From positions 119,381 through 183,380 of the forward strand of contig CAWGJP010000002.1 of NCBI GenBank assembly GCA_963822935.1: a stretch of 64,000 nt of DNA, in the 5' to 3' direction. The DNA comes from an uncultured Alphaproteobacteria bacterium (GTDB lineage: Bacteria > Pseudomonadota > Alphaproteobacteria > Rhizobiales > Xanthobacteraceae). This document shows, one piece after another, positions 49,281-57,183 of this stretch. The position numbers and the translations under genes were made by a program. Positions within the stretch are counted from its first letter, which is position 1. Every line of letters begins with the position of its first letter. A model generated the notes under the pieces. That model saw only the letters and a program-made list of their open reading frames with translations, made no database searches and was not told the DNA's origin.

Positions 49281-49898
49281 TGGCGCACTCCTTTCCAGCT
49301 CAAGGAGCCAAGCGGCTTTATGCCGTTGGCCCGCGTTGAAGTTCAGCCGCGCGCGCTTGCGCGCACGCGACCGGCGTCAGCGGCTGCAGCGCTATAGCGT
49401 TGGACCGTGCGTTGGGGACACGGTGCAGACGCGTGGCGCTGACGCCGAGATGCTGCCTTGGATTGGAGCGGGAGAACCCGTTCCGCACGGCCGGCAAAAC
49501 AAGATGGACAAGCCTCTTCGGTGCTGACCTGTGGACGGCCAACCAAAAAAGCCCGCTCCGTCGTTGCTTTAAGCCGCGTCCCCCGTTGAGCGCGGGGTGC
49601 GCCGGTTTCGCCTCCGGCTGCCGATCACGGTGTGAGGCTCGTAAACTTTCGAACCTCAGGCGACTGTCCGGCCTCTTGTCCGGATGCCTACCGATCGACA
49701 CACGGCCACAGGCACGTGCGAATTTGGGCGAGCGGCACATAAGCGTATCGCAAACGCATTGCAAGAAAATTCGTCACGCGCGGCGAATTTTTTTCGGCAG
49801 CGTCGCTCGCGCGCGAGCCGCACGCGCCGCTTTCACCCCTCGCGCGGTGTGCGATAGTGCGCGCGTCTTGTCCCCAAAACTTCATCGAGAGGTGCGCG
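49281..49898 (-). promoter_or_regulatory. 618-bp non-coding region upstream of the odc operon; candidate speF-type leader RNA
   Basis: No credible ORF on either strand. Context matches the alphaproteobacterial speF motif described upstream of ornithine decarboxylase genes. I did not verify this against a covariance model. Confidence 0.35.
49288..49307 (-). promoter_or_regulatory. SD-sequestering hairpin in the odc leader
   Basis: Minus strand reads CTCCTT-gagctgga-AAGGAG, then 7 nt and the ATG. The upstream arm is the exact complement of the Shine-Dalgarno. Confidence 0.45.
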
Positions 49899-50876
49899 AT
49901 GCCTTCCCTACCGATCACTTTCGCCTGCGGTCTCTACGACCGCATGCTGGCGCTGCAAACCGGCGACATCAAACCTGACGGCATCGACCTCAACTTCATC
50001 GCTATCGACAATCCGCGCGAGATTTTCGACCGCATGTCGAACCGGCTGGAGTTCGACGCCTGCGAAATGTCGAGTTCGGAATTCGTCAGCCGCTACGCGG
50101 CGAAGCAGCTGCCGTTCGTGGCGCTGCCGGTGTTCGCCTCGCGCGTCTTCCGCCACGGCTTCATCGTCGTTAACCGAAAGTTCATCACGTCGGCAAAGGA
50201 CCTCGCCGGCAAGCGCATCGGCGTGCCGCTCTACACCCAGACCGCAGCGATCTTCGTCCGTGGGCTGATGCAGCACGACCTCGGCATCGACCTTTCGACC
50301 ATCGAGTGGGTCCAGGGCGCGGTCAACGAGCCCGGCGCTTACGGCAATCCCTCGGTGATGCCGCTTCTCAAGCCGACCAAGATCACGCCCAACCAAAGCG
50401 GCAAGTCCTTGAGCGATCTCCTCGCCGCGGGCGAAATTCACGCCATCATCGGCTCAAACCTGCCACGCGCGCTCAAGCGCCATCCCGACGTGGTGCGGCT
50501 GTTTCCGGACTATCGGGCGCGCGAGAAGGACTACTACCGCCGCACCAAGATTTTCCCGATCATGCACCTTGTCGTCATCCGCAAGGACCTTTACGAGAGC
50601 CATCCCTTCGTCGCCACCGGCCTGTACAACGCATTCGACGCCGCCAAAGACTGGGCGCGCGAGAAAATGCGCTTTGCAAGTACGCTGCGCTACATGCTGC
50701 CCTGGCTGCCCGACGACGTCGAAGAGATTGACGAGTTGTTCGGAGGCGATTGCTGGCCCTACGGCGTCGAGCCGAACCGGCCGACGCTCGAAGCCCTGGT
50801 CAGCTACATGGTCGAGCAGGGCCTGATTGCGGAGCCCATTCCGATCGACAAGCTGTTCGTGCCGACCTTTGGTTAG
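49899..50876 (+). CDS. 4,5-dihydroxyphthalate decarboxylase-like protein (periplasmic-binding-protein fold)
   Basis: ATG at 49899 after GAGAGG. MPSLPITFACGLYDRMLALQTGDIKPDGIDLNFIAIDNPREIFDRM resembles the PhtD family N-terminus. Confidence 0.7.
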   Translation: MPSLPITFACGLYDRMLALQTGDIKPDGIDLNFIAIDNPREIFDRMSNRLEFDACEMSSSEFVSRYAAKQLPFVALPVFASRVFRHGFIVVNRKFITSAKDLAGKRIGVPLYTQTAAIFVRGLMQHDLGIDLSTIEWVQGAVNEPGAYGNPSVMPLLKPTKITPNQSGKSLSDLLAAGEIHAIIGSNLPRALKRHPDVVRLFPDYRAREKDYYRRTKIFPIMHLVVIRKDLYESHPFVATGLYNAFDAAKDWAREKMRFASTLRYMLPWLPDDVEEIDELFGGDCWPYGVEPNRPTLEALVSYMVEQGLIAEPIPIDKLFVPTFG

Positions 50877-50887
50877 AGGAGAGTTCG

Positions 50888-51244
50888 ATGAAGCGTGCGG
50901 TGACGGCAGCGATCGGTTTCTGCATCCTGGGCCATGCGTGGCCGGCTATCGCCGCCGACTACGCGCCGCTCGACTGCGCCAAGGCGAAGTCGTCGGCCGA
51001 AATCGCGATCTGCAAGACTTACGCGCTGGGTCAGGCGGAGGCGCGGATGGCAACGCTCTACAGCGTTGCGACGTCCTTGGTGGCGATGGGCCAGCGCGGC
51101 GATATCGGCGATGCGCAGGCGGAATTTCTCAAAGTCCGCAACGCCTGCGGCCGCAAAGTCGCCTGCCTGACCAAGGCCTACAGCACCCGCATCGGCCAGT
51201 TGAACAAGGTCATCGCCGCGATCGCCTCGCGCGGCCCTTACTAG
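50888..51244 (+). CDS. secreted DUF1311 (LprI-like) protein
   Basis: Signal peptide, then C...IC...L...D..L pattern with four Cys. 118 aa. Confidence 0.65.
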   Translation: MKRAVTAAIGFCILGHAWPAIAADYAPLDCAKAKSSAEIAICKTYALGQAEARMATLYSVATSLVAMGQRGDIGDAQAEFLKVRNACGRKVACLTKAYSTRIGQLNKVIAAIASRGPY

Positions 51245-52013
51245 CGCGCTTTTTCGACCTGCTACCGGATGTCCGCGATTTGACCGCAGGCGGCAGCCCG
51301 CCGGCCTTCTGCAGCCGCGTCGTCCAATATTCCCACGCCCGCGCCATCGGCCGCGGCTGCAGCTGCCGCGGCTCGGCGCGCTGCCGTTCGGTGGCATTCA
51401 AAGCGCCGATATTGCCGATCGCCATCGCGCGCAATTGGATCTCCGCATTGGCGTGCGAGTAGACGGTGCGGAAGACCAGCTCGCGCAATGTCCGGCCGGC
51501 AACGGTGGCGCCGTGGCGCGCCATCAGCACCATCCAATTCGGCCCGAGCGCTCGCGCCAATGAACGGCCCTCCTCCGGCTTGACCACCATGAGATCGGTG
51601 TCGCCGAACTCATCGCGGCTGTCCCACATCGGCACCACCTGGCCCATGACCGGGCCCATGTGAAACACCGGCTCGAGCGCAATGCCGGTGACGCAGAACG
51701 GCAGCACCGCATGCGAATGGTGATGGCACACGGCGTTCACGTCCGGCCGCGCCTGATAGATGCAGCCGTGGATGACCCGTTCGCCGTACATCTCGCCCTT
51801 GGGCGGCGTCACCGGTTCGGAATCAAGCGTGAATTCGAGCAGGTCCGACGGCTCGATCAGCTCGGGACTGCGTGACCGCGCCAAGAGATAACGCCTCGGA
51901 TCGTCGGGATGGCGCACGCTGACGTGGCCGAAACCATCGAGCACGCCCTCATGGGCGATAATGCGATTAGCGAGTGCAAGCTCATAGCGTACGTCGTTAA
52001 GTGACATGGTCAT
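51210..52013 (-). CDS. class II aldolase/adducin family protein
   Basis: GFGHVSVRHP, VCHHHSH and MARHGATVAG (metal-binding His pattern). The start abuts the cupin stop as TAAATG. Confidence 0.85.
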   Translation of the reverse strand: MTMSLNDVRYELALANRIIAHEGVLDGFGHVSVRHPDDPRRYLLARSRSPELIEPSDLLEFTLDSEPVTPPKGEMYGERVIHGCIYQARPDVNAVCHHHSHAVLPFCVTGIALEPVFHMGPVMGQVVPMWDSRDEFGDTDLMVVKPEEGRSLARALGPNWMVLMARHGATVAGRTLRELVFRTVYSHANAEIQLRAMAIGNIGALNATERQRAEPRQLQPRPMARAWEYWTTRLQKAGGLPPAVKSRTSGSRSKKRASKGRARRSRR

Positions 52014-52544
52014 TTACACCGCCTTGAGATGCGCATCCTTGCGCTTGAAGAGTTCGTCGTCGGCATAGCCCATAGTGTCCGGCTTGCCGCGGCCGAGCAT
52101 GACCTGGAAGTAAACCGGCCCGAGCAAATCGTTCTGGTAGCCATGAATGACGCCGGCTGGGCAACAGATGCATTCCCACGGGCTGAGGCGCGTGGTCAGC
52201 CGCTTGCCGCTGTCGTCCTCGACGAAGACGTCGAGATAGCCGTCGAGCACGAAAAAGCATTCCTCGACCTCGTGGGTGTGCGCGGCGTTGCCCTGGCCGG
52301 GTTCGACATACATGATCGAGAGCGTGAAGTTGCCGGCGGGAATCACCGTCGGGTCGCCGTGCTTGCCGGAACCGCCGGCGCCGATGAAGCGGTGCTGGGC
52401 GCGCTTATAACCTTCGATCTTGGCATCTTCGAAGGCCGCCCAATCCGACTTCTTGTCTTTGAAGCGGCCTACATAGGTCCTCATGATCTCTTCGAGCGAA
52501 ACGCCTTCGAGCTCCTTCGGGCGCGGATGACGAGCGACAGTCAT
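52014..52544 (-). CDS. cupin domain protein
   Basis: 176 aa with GQGNAAHTHEVEECFFVLDG...CPAGVIHGYQN (two-motif cupin). Confidence 0.75.
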   Translation of the reverse strand: MTVARHPRPKELEGVSLEEIMRTYVGRFKDKKSDWAAFEDAKIEGYKRAQHRFIGAGGSGKHGDPTVIPAGNFTLSIMYVEPGQGNAAHTHEVEECFFVLDGYLDVFVEDDSGKRLTTRLSPWECICCPAGVIHGYQNDLLGPVYFQVMLGRGKPDTMGYADDELFKRKDAHLKAV

Positions 52545-52570
52545 AAATCTACTCCTGTCAAATCCCGGGA

Positions 52571-53428
52571 TTATCGCGCCAACGCACTGCGCAACGCGCG
52601 CTCGACCATGACGCCGATCAGCGTCTTGCGATAAGCCCCGGTGGCGTGAATATCGTCGGGCGGATCGACAGCCGCCGACGCCTCGGTTTCCGCTTGCGCG
52701 ATGGTCGCCTCGTCGATTGGTTTGCCGTTGAGAGCTTCTTCCACGGCACGGAGACGCACCGGCCGGTCAGAGACGCCGAGCGCACCGACATGGGCATTGG
52801 CAACTTTGCCGCCGTCCTCATCATAGAAAACAGCCGTGCCTGCCAAGGCGAAATCGCCGCGGCGGCGGGCGAATTCGCAAAAGCCAAAGCGGCGCTTCGC
52901 CGGCCACGCCGGGAGGCGAAGTTCGGTGATGATCTCGTCGGGCATCAGCGCGGTCGTCAGCGGACCGCGAAAGAAATCCTTGGCTTCGATAACGCGCTCG
53001 CCGGCTTCGCCCACGGCGGCGATCCTGGCTTCGCAGGTGACAGCGATGGCCGGCAGTTCAGCAGCCGGATCGGCGTGCGCCAGACTGCCGCCGACCGTGC
53101 CTCTATTGCGAATTTGGTAATGCCCAACATGCTCCACGGCCTGCGCCAGCAGCGGATGAGCCGCGGACAGGTGCGGATGTTCGAGAATATCGCGCCAGCG
53201 CACCATGGCGCGGAGAGTAACGGCGCCGTCCTTGATTGTGATTTGCCGCAAATCGGACAGTTTACGAAGATCGACCACGAGCGCGGGTGAAGCCACGCGG
53301 AACGCCAGCATCGGCACCAAAGACTGGCCGCCAGCCAAGAGCTTGGCTTCGCCGTTACGCGACGCGAGCAGCGCCACCGCTTCGGCAATGCTTGTCGGGC
53401 AGGCGTAGTCGAAGGACGGAAGTTTCAT
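52571..53428 (-). CDS. FAD-binding molybdopterin dehydrogenase subunit (CoxM/XdhB-like medium subunit)
   Basis: 285 aa with KLLAGGQSLVPMLAFR and IRNRGTVGGSLAHADPAAELP. Confidence 0.85.
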   Translation of the reverse strand: MKLPSFDYACPTSIAEAVALLASRNGEAKLLAGGQSLVPMLAFRVASPALVVDLRKLSDLRQITIKDGAVTLRAMVRWRDILEHPHLSAAHPLLAQAVEHVGHYQIRNRGTVGGSLAHADPAAELPAIAVTCEARIAAVGEAGERVIEAKDFFRGPLTTALMPDEIITELRLPAWPAKRRFGFCEFARRRGDFALAGTAVFYDEDGGKVANAHVGALGVSDRPVRLRAVEEALNGKPIDEATIAQAETEASAAVDPPDDIHATGAYRKTLIGVMVERALRSALAR

Positions 53429-53597
53429 GGCGGGTACGCAGCGACACCAAGAAATAGACGCTGATTCAGATATTTCCTAGCATTCCCCCTCGCTGGCGAG
53501 CAACCGGCCGGATGAGATGTGCAGCGGGAAGGATTGCTGATAACCTTTCGCCAGCAGAAATGGCGCCACTGCGCCCGCTCCAAAGTGGAGGAAGCCG

Positions 53598-54911
53598 ATG
53601 CTGACCAAGACACCGCGTCAGGGAAAAAATGGGAAAAACGGCGGCAACGGCAAAAAGAAGGCTCCGCGCGTCAGCGAACTGCCGAAAATCACCATCCAGA
53701 CCGACACGCGCGAGATTCTCGCCCACGCCGCCAAGGAGGCGCGCGCCGAGGATTATTTCATTGTCGACGTCGATGCCCACGTCACCGAGACGGCGTTCTG
53801 GTCGGAGGTGGTCGACCGCATGGACAGCGACGTCTACCGGCAGATGGCGCGCGCGTTCAAGGATCGCGGCGCGGCGCCGGGCCTTCTCAATGCCACGCCG
53901 GGATTTTTGCATCAGGACGTGTTCGGCCGCATTCCGCACCAGCAGCGCCTGGCCGAAGCGGTGCCCGGCGGCCGCACCCACGCGCAAGTCACGCTGGTGC
54001 AGCGCGCCATGGATTCGCTGGGCATCGATTACATGGTGGTGTTCCCCACCCCGATGCTGGTGCTCGGCATGCATCCGCAGATCGAGATGGAGGTGGTGAT
54101 CGGCAACGCCTTCAACAAATGGCTGGCGGAGGAAATTTTGCCGCAGGACCAGCGCATCAAGGCGATGCTGTACCTTCCGTTCAATCATCCCGAGGAGAGT
54201 CTCAAGGCCGTTGAGCGCTATGCCGATAATCCAAGCGTAATCGGTTTTTCGGTGACCTCAACGCGCTTTCGCGCCGTCAATTACGACAGCTACATGCCGC
54301 TTTATTCCGCCATCCAGGCGACCGGCAAGCCGCTCGCGTTCCATTCCGGCTTCCACTGGGGCGACCAGTCGATGCAGCAGTGCAATCGCTTCATCTCGAT
54401 GCACTCGATCTCGTTCGTCTATTACAACATCATCCATCTGACCAATTGGATCATCAACGGCTTGCCGGAGCGTTTCCCGAAGCTGAAAGTGATGTGGATC
54501 GAGAGCGGGCTCGCCTGGGTGCCGTTCCTGATGCAACGGCTCGATTCTGAATACATGATGCGGTCATCCGAGGCGCCGCTGTTGAAGCGGCGGCCGAGCG
54601 AATACATCCAGGACATGTACTTCACCAGTCAGCCGCTCGAACGCTCGAACATGGATCTCACCGAGGCGACCTTCAAAGCCATCAAGGCCGAGACCCAATT
54701 GCTGTTTGCCTCGGACTGGCCGCATTGGGACTTCGACCTGCCGAGTTCCATCACCACGCTGCCGTTCCTTGACGAGCGCGCCAAGCGCAACATCCTGGGC
54801 TTCAACGCCGCCCGGCTGTTTAACCTCGAAGTGCCGAAGCACAAGCGATTGAAGTCCAAGGACGCCAAACCTGCCGCCAAGCCTGGCGTCAGCGTCCCAG
54901 TCACGGCTTGA
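53598..54911 (+). CDS. amidohydrolase 2 family protein (ACMSD/LigW-type metal-dependent hydrolase or decarboxylase)
   Basis: GGAGGAAG SD. VDVDAHVTE near the N-terminus and FASDWPHWDFD near the C-terminus. Unusual Lys/Gly/Asn-rich N-terminal extension. Confidence 0.85.
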   Translation: MLTKTPRQGKNGKNGGNGKKKAPRVSELPKITIQTDTREILAHAAKEARAEDYFIVDVDAHVTETAFWSEVVDRMDSDVYRQMARAFKDRGAAPGLLNATPGFLHQDVFGRIPHQQRLAEAVPGGRTHAQVTLVQRAMDSLGIDYMVVFPTPMLVLGMHPQIEMEVVIGNAFNKWLAEEILPQDQRIKAMLYLPFNHPEESLKAVERYADNPSVIGFSVTSTRFRAVNYDSYMPLYSAIQATGKPLAFHSGFHWGDQSMQQCNRFISMHSISFVYYNIIHLTNWIINGLPERFPKLKVMWIESGLAWVPFLMQRLDSEYMMRSSEAPLLKRRPSEYIQDMYFTSQPLERSNMDLTEATFKAIKAETQLLFASDWPHWDFDLPSSITTLPFLDERAKRNILGFNAARLFNLEVPKHKRLKSKDAKPAAKPGVSVPVTA

Positions 54912-54918
54912 TCCGCAG

Positions 54919-55263
54919 GTGCGTAAGGTGAAAGCCGGCAAGCGCGCTGCCCCGCCCCGTCGCAAACCTACGCGGGCCTCCAAACCCGTCACGTCCGCGG
55001 ATTTTTCCGTTGCCGTGCGCAATGCGCTCAAGCGCGGCGAGCCCGATTCGATTCCGGACAAGACGCTGCAACGCATGCTCGCCGCGGCGGTCAAGCTTTA
55101 TGCCGCAAAGGTCGAGCGCCGCGGCCATGACGTCGCACCGTTTCCTCCAGGCACGGCGACGGCGACCGAAACCGTGGTGACGGCCTGCGCGTTGATCCGC
55201 GCCGCCGACCTCAACATGTTCGACGTGGCGGTCTGGTTTCATCGCCCACCGGGAATAGAGTGA
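54919..55263 (+). CDS. hypothetical protein (114 aa)
   Basis: GTG start 7 nt after the amidohydrolase stop. Basic N-terminus. No recognised motif. Confidence 0.5.
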   Translation: MRKVKAGKRAAPPRRKPTRASKPVTSADFSVAVRNALKRGEPDSIPDKTLQRMLAAAVKLYAAKVERRGHDVAPFPPGTATATETVVTACALIRAADLNMFDVAVWFHRPPGIE

Positions 55264-55278
55264 CGAAAGGGGATAGCC

Positions 55279-55647
55279 ATGGACGAGGTCTCAGTGGGGC
55301 GGCTGACCGATATTGCCGACGGCGACTACAGGATTTTTGCCTTGGACAAGCTCGAGGTCGGCATTTTCCGCGCAGGCAGCAAAGTGCTGGCCTACGAGAA
55401 TGTCTGTCCCCATGCCGGCGGCCCGGTCTGTCAGGGCAAGATTTTCCATCAAGTCGAAGAGATCATCACGCCGGACAAAAAGAGCGTCGGCCTGCGCTTC
55501 GGCAAGCAGCGCCACATCGTCTGTCCATGGCACGGCTACGAATTCGATCTGGCGACCGGCTGCCACCCCGGCGATCCCTCGGTGCGGCTGACGCCGGTGC
55601 CGGTCGCCGTTCGCGACGGCCAGATTTTCGTCAGCGTGCACGTCTGA
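55279..55647 (+). CDS. Rieske (2Fe-2S) domain protein
   Basis: CPHAGGP...CPWHGYEF (CxH...CxxH). Confidence 0.85.
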   Translation: MDEVSVGRLTDIADGDYRIFALDKLEVGIFRAGSKVLAYENVCPHAGGPVCQGKIFHQVEEIITPDKKSVGLRFGKQRHIVCPWHGYEFDLATGCHPGDPSVRLTPVPVAVRDGQIFVSVHV

Positions 55648-55662
55648 CCGCGACAGGCCGCA

Positions 55663-56475
55663 TCACTTCCGCGCCTTGACGTGAAAAATCACCGGCATCG
55701 TAAAGCTCAGTCCGGCGCTGGCAACGAGCGGCGGCGGCGGCGGCACCGGGTCGGAACGCTGCAGCATCGACAGCGCGGCATCGTCAAAGACCGGATCGCC
55801 GGAGCTTTTGACAAGGCGTGACGAGACGATATGCCCGACATCGTTCAGCACGAAGTTGATAATGACTTCAGCCGCGCGCGCCGAGCGATCCTCGGGATAG
55901 CGCTTGAATTTATCGAAATGAGCGGCGAGTTCCTTCTGCCAGGTGACCCGTTCGCGTAGCGCGCTCTCTCCCGTGCCCGGCGACGGCGTATGTGAGACTG
56001 AAGATTCGCGCGACGTAGCGACGCTCGGAACGGCCGTCTCCTCGGCGGCAATAGACGGATTCGACGGCGCGGCTTGCACCGCCGAGATCTTCGGGTCCTG
56101 ATCGACCGGCTGCTCGTCCTCGCGGGAAACGAACCGCTCCGGGTCGTCGGTATCGGTCGGGGCGTCTTTCGGCAGATCGGTCTTCTCAATGACCGTTTTC
56201 TGTTCGACGACTGCGGGGGCACGCGCGGACGCCTCGGTGTCGGGTCCCACCGGCAGATCGTTCGGAGCGCGGCGTGGCGGGGTGAGTTCGATATCGACGA
56301 TGAGCCCGGGCGCGCCGAGGTCGACACCGGTGTCGCGCAGATAGCCGAAAACCACCGCGGCGCCGGCGACGTGAAGAGCGAGTGCGCCCACAGCACCGAT
56401 CACCCAAGTGCGTGGCACCGGACGAAGCGGCTCGTCGAAAATCGGCGCAAATTCCGAGGACAAGAGGGACGTCAT
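55663..56475 (-). CDS. tonB: energy transducer TonB
   Basis: N-terminal TM, Pro/Glu/Asp-rich spacer, C-terminal [34 protein letters not shown]...PPPP. The ATG at 56475 overlaps the piuC stop as ATGA. Confidence 0.8.
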   Translation of the reverse strand: MTSLLSSEFAPIFDEPLRPVPRTWVIGAVGALALHVAGAAVVFGYLRDTGVDLGAPGLIVDIELTPPRRAPNDLPVGPDTEASARAPAVVEQKTVIEKTDLPKDAPTDTDDPERFVSREDEQPVDQDPKISAVQAAPSNPSIAAEETAVPSVATSRESSVSHTPSPGTGESALRERVTWQKELAAHFDKFKRYPEDRSARAAEVIINFVLNDVGHIVSSRLVKSSGDPVFDDAALSMLQRSDPVPPPPPLVASAGLSFTMPVIFHVKARK

Positions 56476-57155
56476 AGCTCGGCCCAATGCCGGATCATGT
56501 TGTGGTAAAGGCCGCTGAGCCTGACGATCTCGGGATCGTTGCGGTCCAAACGCCCGACGAGGCCCTGAATGGCGGTGTCGAGCTCGAAGATCATCCTGCG
56601 AGTCTCGCCGTGCCGGATCATGCTCTGCAGCCAGAAGAACGAGGCGACGCGGACGCCGCGGGTTATTGCAGTCACCGCATGGAGGCTCGTCGCCGGGTAC
56701 AAAACGAGATGGCCGGCGGCCAGCTTGACCCGCTGCGCGCCGTAATGGTCCTCGACGACCAATTCGCCGCCGTCGTAATCTTCCGGCTCGGACAGGAACA
56801 AGGTCACCGACAGATCGGTGCGTATGCGCAAGCCGGTCAGCTTATCGCCGCGCACCGAATTGTCGACGTGCAGCCCGAAATTCTGCCCGACGCCGTAGCG
56901 ATTGAAGAGCGGCGGAAAGATGCGCAGCGGAATCGCCGCGGAGATGAACAGCGGATTGGCGGTGATCGCCTTGATCACCTGCTCGCCGAGCGCGCGCGCC
57001 AGTGAGCCATCGGGCGGAAGCTGTTCGTTTTTTTTGACCATCGCCGATTGCGCGCCGGCGGTCGAGCGGCCGTCTTCCCACGACGCCGAATCCATCGCGG
57101 CTCGAAATCGGGCCACCTCCGCTTTGCTCAACACGTCGGGTATACAGACAAGCAT
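56472..57155 (-). CDS. piuC: Fe(II)/2-oxoglutarate-dependent PKHD-type hydroxylase (PiuC/YbiX)
   Basis: [46 protein letters not shown]...[21 protein letters not shown] closely parallels E. coli YbiX as I recall it. Confidence 0.85.
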   Translation of the reverse strand: MLVCIPDVLSKAEVARFRAAMDSASWEDGRSTAGAQSAMVKKNEQLPPDGSLARALGEQVIKAITANPLFISAAIPLRIFPPLFNRYGVGQNFGLHVDNSVRGDKLTGLRIRTDLSVTLFLSEPEDYDGGELVVEDHYGAQRVKLAAGHLVLYPATSLHAVTAITRGVRVASFFWLQSMIRHGETRRMIFELDTAIQGLVGRLDRNDPEIVRLSGLYHNMIRHWAEL

Positions 57156-57183
57156 TCGCCGGGGCTTTCGCGCTGACGCGTGT

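Noticed and set aside
47730-49397. 555-aa plus-strand ORF
   Set aside because: It is antisense to the GNAT and ornithine decarboxylase genes, with an Arg/Ala/Gly-rich artefact composition.
49400-49978. 192-aa plus-strand and 148-aa minus-strand ORFs inside the odc leader region
   Set aside because: Both are Arg/Cys/Pro-rich with no SD, and the plus-strand one runs into the phtD-like gene out of frame. The region is treated as non-coding leader.
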